Source: Candidatus Heimdallarchaeota archaeon
GTDB lineage: Archaea > Asgardarchaeota > Heimdallarchaeia > Heimdallarchaeales > Heimdallarchaeaceae
Direction: 5' to 3'
DNA: 64,000 nucleotides
NCBI GenBank assembly: GCA_030603365.1
Contig: JAUVXV010000003.1
Location: 256,001 to 320,000 of the forward strand
Shown piece by piece: positions 58,972 through 64,000 of this stretch. A program made the translations under genes and the position numbers. Every line of letters begins with the position of its first letter. The first letter of the stretch is position 1. Below the pieces are notes generated by a model that was not told the origin of the DNA, did no database searches, and worked only from the letters and a program-made list of their open reading frames with translations.

Positions 58972-61080
58972 TCACCTTCTTTTTTTAATTATAATTGCAA
59001 TTACTGCTAGACACAATAATGGTAGGTAGATTGGCCAATAGTTTGTTGCCATTGGTTCTGTTGCTCCAGTCCAATAGTGACCATATGGTGTATACTGGTC
59101 TTCATAATCAAAGCTAATGAAAATCTCTCCAGTATGATATTCTGCATAAACAAGTATATACAAATCTTCTTCAGGTAAAATTACCTCTGAAGCCCCCTTA
59201 CTAATAAATTCCCAATTACTTGCATTAAAAACTATAATACTTGTTTGAACTACTATAGAATCTGCAACTATGCTTCTATCATCTTCATCGCTAAACTTAT
59301 TATCGATTCTAAAAAGCAGTGCATCTGTTTCGTCAATCTCTCTAGATATCTCTTGTTCAAAACTCAGGTTTTGAGGAATAACATTAGCTACTATTACTCT
59401 TGCATTATTTTGTGATATTAAAGATACTTTGATTAAATGATCTTTCTCGACTACTACTGTTTGATAAGGTACATTTTTGTTATTTAGGATTATTTCAGAA
59501 TCATTTACATCAGCAGCAAGAACATCGAAATTATCAGAATATCTGGAAAATATTAAACCAAATGAATCAAAGTAGGCATGTCCTATAAGCTTGCATACAA
59601 TAGCTTGATTTGGAAGTAAGATAAATTCTCTTCTCTTTCCAAGACTAACTAGTTGTTGGTTTTCTAGTTCTTCAAGATTAATTTCGAAAACTTCAGTCAT
59701 AATTTCGTTTTCTAACCAATCTTCGGAATATACTTGATAGCGCAATATTTCAGATGTAAATACATAAGGTAGAGTTAGAACATATGAGTGGTTGAAAACT
59801 TGAGACGCGTTAGCAATTGTCCAAAATGGTATATCATCTATTTTGTAGTATATATCTACAAAAGCAGTTCCTGTGACATCTTTAACTTCACACATTACAT
59901 TAATTAATTTCTCATCTGTGATGAAATCCTCGCTTATATAAACCCAGGAATCTATCTCTGGTGGTAGGTCATCTATAAGAATTACAAATGTTTTTTCCAT
60001 AGATTTTCGAATATAGAATTCATTTAGGTGAGAAAGTGTTACTTTGATTTGAAAGTTTAATTCCACAGCATAATAAACTATTAGTTCTCCAATAATTTCA
60101 GGGATATCACCAGTTTGAAGTTCTCCTTCTCCTAAGACTATGTAAGTACCTTCAGTATACTCAGCACCTGCTTCTAGTTGCACTTTTGTTAAACTATCTG
60201 ATCCACTAGCAGCTATAGAACACAAAACAAATCCTTCTTGAGCTAGGTTCTCAAACAAGTTATATAGTAATGGTCCATCATAATCTGAATCTGAACCACT
60301 ACCAATTACAACACCACCATCACAAGGTTCGTCAGTAATCAGTATTATCAATTTAACAGTATCTTCTCTCCAATCTAAATTATTTTGTGCAACCCAAAGC
60401 GCATCTCCCCAAGGTTCGTGACCTCCAGAAGCTGCAGTATTACCGAGAACAGTTACTATAGATTCTATATCATCAGTCAAAGGATAGACTAAATTTGGAT
60501 TAGTATAAGGATTTGAAGAAGTTCCTCCAAATAGAATTAAACTTAATCTAAAATCTGGTACTTCAGTACTTATTTCATCAATAACATCAATTAACTCTGA
60601 AGTAAGTACTTGAATTTCATCATCCATCGATCCTGATTGATCTAATACAATTGCTAAATCAAGGGATTTTGATACACCTGTATTTAGCGTCCCAGTTTCA
60701 ATAATATATTCCTGTGATATCCAAGATTCATTTAGATTCAAGTTATCTTTTGTTTCATTTAGTGGATTTAAAATGACACCATATTCATTAGTCTGAGAAC
60801 TTAACTCTAACTGACTTACTTCCTCAGAGGAAAAGTTTGTAATATTGAATTGTACAGTAAATGTACTTTCAGGTAGAGTTGATGGAATCCCATCAGTTCT
60901 GTGAGATGGTAGATTTGTTATCATTTCAATAGTTACATTTGACAGAGGACTCTCTACAGTAGAGAAATCTTTCTGTGGTTCTAAAATACGATCTTCTTGA
61001 CCAAAAATGGTCAAAGAAGGAACTATTAAACTGCATATTAAAACTGCAGTAAATATCTTTTCTTTTCTATTCAATTTCAT
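58972..61080 (-). CDS. Secreted, membrane-anchored vWA-domain protein
   Basis: Signal peptide; MIDAS LDQSGSM, GGHEP, ILITDEP; C-terminal TM + KKRR. Confidence 0.88.
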   Translation of the reverse strand: MKLNRKEKIFTAVLICSLIVPSLTIFGQEDRILEPQKDFSTVESPLSNVTIEMITNLPSHRTDGIPSTLPESTFTVQFNITNFSSEEVSQLELSSQTNEYGVILNPLNETKDNLNLNESWISQEYIIETGTLNTGVSKSLDLAIVLDQSGSMDDEIQVLTSELIDVIDEISTEVPDFRLSLILFGGTSSNPYTNPNLVYPLTDDIESIVTVLGNTAASGGHEPWGDALWVAQNNLDWREDTVKLIILITDEPCDGGVVIGSGSDSDYDGPLLYNLFENLAQEGFVLCSIAASGSDSLTKVQLEAGAEYTEGTYIVLGEGELQTGDIPEIIGELIVYYAVELNFQIKVTLSHLNEFYIRKSMEKTFVILIDDLPPEIDSWVYISEDFITDEKLINVMCEVKDVTGTAFVDIYYKIDDIPFWTIANASQVFNHSYVLTLPYVFTSEILRYQVYSEDWLENEIMTEVFEINLEELENQQLVSLGKRREFILLPNQAIVCKLIGHAYFDSFGLIFSRYSDNFDVLAADVNDSEIILNNKNVPYQTVVVEKDHLIKVSLISQNNARVIVANVIPQNLSFEQEISREIDETDALLFRIDNKFSDEDDRSIVADSIVVQTSIIVFNASNWEFISKGASEVILPEEDLYILVYAEYHTGEIFISFDYEDQYTPYGHYWTGATEPMATNYWPIYLPLLCLAVIAIIIKKRR

Positions 61081-61086
61081 ATTATC

Positions 61087-61106
61087 TCAATATATCGATA
61101 TGTTGA
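61087..61106. promoter_or_regulatory. 20-bp palindromic operator candidate, copy 1
   Basis: TCAATATATCGATATGTTGA; 9 of 10 symmetric pairs; in a divergent intergenic region. Confidence 0.55.
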
Positions 61107-61151
61107 TTTCACTAATAAATATTGTGGATGGGGTAGATTTGGCCAACAATA

Positions 61152-61171
61152 TCAATATTCCGATATATTTA
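61152..61171. promoter_or_regulatory. 20-bp palindromic operator candidate, copy 2
   Basis: TCAATATTCCGATATATTTA; 16/20 identical to copy 1. Confidence 0.45.
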
Positions 61172-61198
61172 TATTGTGGTTCTGTGTATGTTATTTTA

Positions 61199-61558
61199 AT
61201 GACAGAGAAGTATTTCAAAAAAATGATTGCACTTCTAGAAGAGATGAATACGAGATTAAAAAATATAGAACAGTCTCTTGGATCAGAGATCTCTCCAATT
61301 TCATCTTTGGATTTACTAACGAAAATTCCTAAATCGCATTTAGAAACCTATTTTACGGTACAAAGGCTAGATGAAGCAACATGTAAAGAAGTTGCAGATG
61401 AAACAGGTAGGGCATTCAATTTAGAATCAAGGTACCTTGTCAGATTGAATGAATTAGGCTTTTTGGATAGAAAAAGAGTACCAATTTCCAAACCTACTAA
61501 AGACAATCCCAATACAAGAGGCACAGAAGTTAAATACTTCTTGAAGGAGAGTAATTAA
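61199..61558 (+). CDS. Winged-helix DNA-binding protein with N-terminal coiled coil
   Basis: ATCKEVADETGRAFNLESRYLVRLNELGFLDRKR. Start moved to ATG 61199 because the longer ORF overlaps the vWA gene. Confidence 0.85.
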   Translation: MTEKYFKKMIALLEEMNTRLKNIEQSLGSEISPISSLDLLTKIPKSHLETYFTVQRLDEATCKEVADETGRAFNLESRYLVRLNELGFLDRKRVPISKPTKDNPNTRGTEVKYFLKESN

Positions 61559-61559
61559 G

Positions 61560-62324
61560 ATGAAGACAATTAGCGTTCATAGTTACAAAGGAGGAACTGG
61601 AAAGACTACTTTTCTGTTAAATCTTGCTGGTCTCTTAGCACAAGAAGGTAAGAAAGTATTAGCAATGGATTATGATTTAAGAGCTCCTTCTTTTCAATCA
61701 TATTTCAGCACAAATAATCTTGTTTCTTTATCTAATTATCTTCTAGAGGATACACCAATATCAAAAATAATATTTCCATGTCAAGTTAATGATGAAATTC
61801 ATCTTGATATTGTGTTTTCATCCATGGAATTTTTACAGCAGCATTCCAAGCAAAGAGATAAATTGTCAAGAGATGATTCCAAATATCTGTCAAAACTTTT
61901 TAATCTCCAGAAGTTAATATCAAAAACTTATGATTATTTGTTGATTGATACAATTCCTGGATTCTTCTATAGATCAATTGATGCATTGATGGTTTCGAAT
62001 ATAATTCTTGTAGTCGCTAATCCTAGTATATCTAATATTCTTGGACTTGAAGAGTTGAGTGGTAATATCTACTCTATGCTGAGTAAAGAAACAAAGATGG
62101 TTTTATTGATAAACAAAATCGAAGAAGAAGGAATTCAAGCTGATAAAACTATCTTTGAGGAAAATCTTTCAAAACTTAAGAAAATTGGGGACCAAATGTT
62201 TACTCATACTTTGGAGGTTCCTTTCTTCAATATGCTTAGTGAGAGAATCTACGCATTTGAAAAGGATACAAATAAGGAATTTTTAGATGTAATAACAAAG
62301 TTATCTAAAATAATTAGAGAATGA
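61560..62324 (+). CDS. MinD/ParA family ATPase
   Basis: Deviant Walker A KGGTGKTT, DYDLRAP, YDYLLIDTIPG, LINK. Confidence 0.92.
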   Translation: MKTISVHSYKGGTGKTTFLLNLAGLLAQEGKKVLAMDYDLRAPSFQSYFSTNNLVSLSNYLLEDTPISKIIFPCQVNDEIHLDIVFSSMEFLQQHSKQRDKLSRDDSKYLSKLFNLQKLISKTYDYLLIDTIPGFFYRSIDALMVSNIILVVANPSISNILGLEELSGNIYSMLSKETKMVLLINKIEEEGIQADKTIFEENLSKLKKIGDQMFTHTLEVPFFNMLSERIYAFEKDTNKEFLDVITKLSKIIRE

Positions 62325-63760
62325 GAAAAATGGATAGTAAAGAGAAAGTACAAAATGAAGATTTGCAAAAAATTAAGAACTATCTTCAAAATTCAAAGAA
62401 GAATATTGAAAGAATGAAAATAGGCAAAAAACCACGCCGAAAGTTCAAATTCATAATTAAAGAAAACAAATTTCTCTTTACTCTTGTTCTAATTATCATC
62501 GTAACCACACCTTTACTCACAATTATTTTAAACAGAAATCCTCTCGCAACTAGTCCTTACAAAGATGCTATAACAAATACAATGGAAACTTTTGAATCAA
62601 ACTTCACTGCAGTTAGTGGACTTCCAGTACATGAAGTAATTTCAGAAAACACTAGTTCAGAACTAATTATTTTGTCAACCTTAGCAAACTCAATACTTAT
62701 TGAAAGTGGGCTTTTCTCCAAAAAAGACAATTTAATGAAGCGAATTTCTTTTATTTTTGAAATTATTGTTGATGATTCTTTCAGAGATTACAATAATAAA
62801 ACACAGAAATTACCTGTTTTCAACCAATTTCTTGGGATCTATGCACTCTATCAAGCATTTTATGTATTAGAAGATACTGCATTTGCATTTAGTTTTACTA
62901 ATATTAGCCGAATCGTTAATACTATGATTACTGACTTTTTGTACTACTCTACATGGCCTAATCTCTTTGCTGTTTCTGAAGATACTAGTACTTCATATTT
63001 AGTTGACCAAGCTCTTGCACTATCTGTTCTTACTACTCATATGTTCTTGACTGGAGAGCAGAAGGTTTTTGGTTGGGATCTCAAAGAAATAACAGGAGGT
63101 ATGTTAAGTCGCATTGAAAATCGTTTCTATATCTCTGCATCTCAATCCTTCTTTCATAAATATGATACAGTAACTCATGTAAGTTCAGGAATATCGACTT
63201 CAGCTGATTTAATGTTTACTTCATTAGGATTATCAAGAACAGAGAAATTTTCTTCAGGTTACGCTTTTCCCCTAAGTAGCTATAATTTACATCAAAAAGT
63301 AATCAATGAATTAATAGATTCAAATTGGTTAGTTCATGAAGTTGATAAAATTGATGATTCTATTCAAATTAAGGATCAAGCATTTTTTACAATGGTTTCT
63401 TATCTTTTGAACTTACAAAATGTCGGATTAGAGATTGAAAATTCAACATCTACTTTTCTGTATTCAGAAGATGGCTTTGTTAATAGCTTACAAAACCCGA
63501 TTGTAACGGCAGAATCGTGTATGTATGGTTTAATTACTATGTCTTCGAAGAACTGGGCAAAAATTCAAAATGAAAGAGAATATGCACCTGAACCCAGACC
63601 AACTCCTACAGGAACAGGAACAGAAACAGAATCCCCAGTACCTTCAGCAAGTTTTAGTTTTGTTGGAGTAATCTCTGCAATTGTTGTGATTGTAGCTCTT
63701 TCAAGGATGTCTATGAAATATAAGACGAGAAAGAAATTTGGTGACCAGGCCGAGATTTGA
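62321..63760 (+). CDS. Membrane protein anchored at both ends, with a six-hairpin-glycosidase-like extracellular domain
   Basis: N-terminal TM; repeated helix starts (YLVDQALAL, IKDQAFF); PTPTGTGT linker; C-terminal TM. Confidence 0.6.
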   Translation: MRKMDSKEKVQNEDLQKIKNYLQNSKKNIERMKIGKKPRRKFKFIIKENKFLFTLVLIIIVTTPLLTIILNRNPLATSPYKDAITNTMETFESNFTAVSGLPVHEVISENTSSELIILSTLANSILIESGLFSKKDNLMKRISFIFEIIVDDSFRDYNNKTQKLPVFNQFLGIYALYQAFYVLEDTAFAFSFTNISRIVNTMITDFLYYSTWPNLFAVSEDTSTSYLVDQALALSVLTTHMFLTGEQKVFGWDLKEITGGMLSRIENRFYISASQSFFHKYDTVTHVSSGISTSADLMFTSLGLSRTEKFSSGYAFPLSSYNLHQKVINELIDSNWLVHEVDKIDDSIQIKDQAFFTMVSYLLNLQNVGLEIENSTSTFLYSEDGFVNSLQNPIVTAESCMYGLITMSSKNWAKIQNEREYAPEPRPTPTGTGTETESPVPSASFSFVGVISAIVVIVALSRMSMKYKTRKKFGDQAEI

Positions 63761-63845
63761 ACTCGGGATCACATGCATGATAGCTTGGAGGACGCATCCT
63801 TGCAAGTCCCCAAGCATGTATCATACCAAGCTTGACTACCTGGTC
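63739..63845 (-). tRNA. tRNA-Pro(GGG) with a 30-nt intron at 37/38 (63778..63807) and encoded CCA
   Basis: Acceptor GACCAGG/CCTGGTC-A-CCA; anticodon stem CATGC/GCATG with loop TTGGGG^T; T arm CCGAG-TTCAAAT-CTCGG; relaxed bulge-helix-bulge. Confidence 0.93.
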
Positions 63846-63929
63846 TTTGTTTAGTTCTCTTCAAATGAAATGGATTTTAAGCTTTTCTATGTGCAAATCT
63901 TTAACTAATCTTGAAAATTAGAAAGATAA

Positions 63930-64000
63930 TTATTGATTCATTAAGATTAATTCAGCAACCTGTTTCAGTAATTCTAAATGTTCTTCTGTCCATTTTTTTT
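63930..64000 (-). CDS. 3' end of a CDS entering from beyond the window
   Basis: Reads ...KKWTEEHLELLKQVAELILMNQ*. Confidence 0.4.
   Translation of the reverse strand, partial: KKWTEEHLELLKQVAELILMNQ

Noticed and set aside
61007-61198. N-terminal extension of the wHTH ORF (similar cases at 46330, 47592, 30560 and 2247)
   Set aside because: The extensions overlap neighbouring genes or promoter spacers; downstream starts fit the domain boundaries better.
1-64000. CRISPR arrays, rRNA, transposases or integrases, selenoprotein read-through
   Set aside because: No regular repeat-spacer array, rRNA-like segment or recombinase motif was seen; the redox-active positions in Prx, TusA and DsrE are ordinary Cys codons.

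Overview
AT-rich, gene-dense archaeal chromosomal window. It is most consistent with an Asgard archaeon (Heimdallarchaeia-like). This is an inference from the Rab-like GTPase, longin/DENN-like, PCI-like, RING and C2H2 modules, the A/V-type ATPase, Cdc6/Orc1, AMP phosphorylase and a BHB-intron tRNA. Main contents: a rearranged A/V-ATPase locus (F divergent from A-B-D-USP-E-I); a CofD-like/PCI/C2H2 fusion; three pseudo-GTPase fusions plus one Rab-like GTPase with an altered G3 motif; an RRE-like radical SAM/SPASM enzyme with an upstream 61-aa ORF; a three-member family of C-terminally anchored surface proteins; a tusA-sqr-tusA-dsrE-dsrE-HTH sulfur operon; housekeeping genes; and tRNA-Pro(GGG) with a 30-nt intron. 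The best candidate for an undescribed system is at 57.6-63.8 kb: an extracellular vWA protein coupled to a single-pass receptor-like RING E3 ligase, divergent from a wHTH-MinD/ParA-membrane protein operon, with two copies of a 20-bp palindrome between them. No CRISPR array, rRNA or transposase was seen. All calls are by-eye motif recognition; no searches were run.
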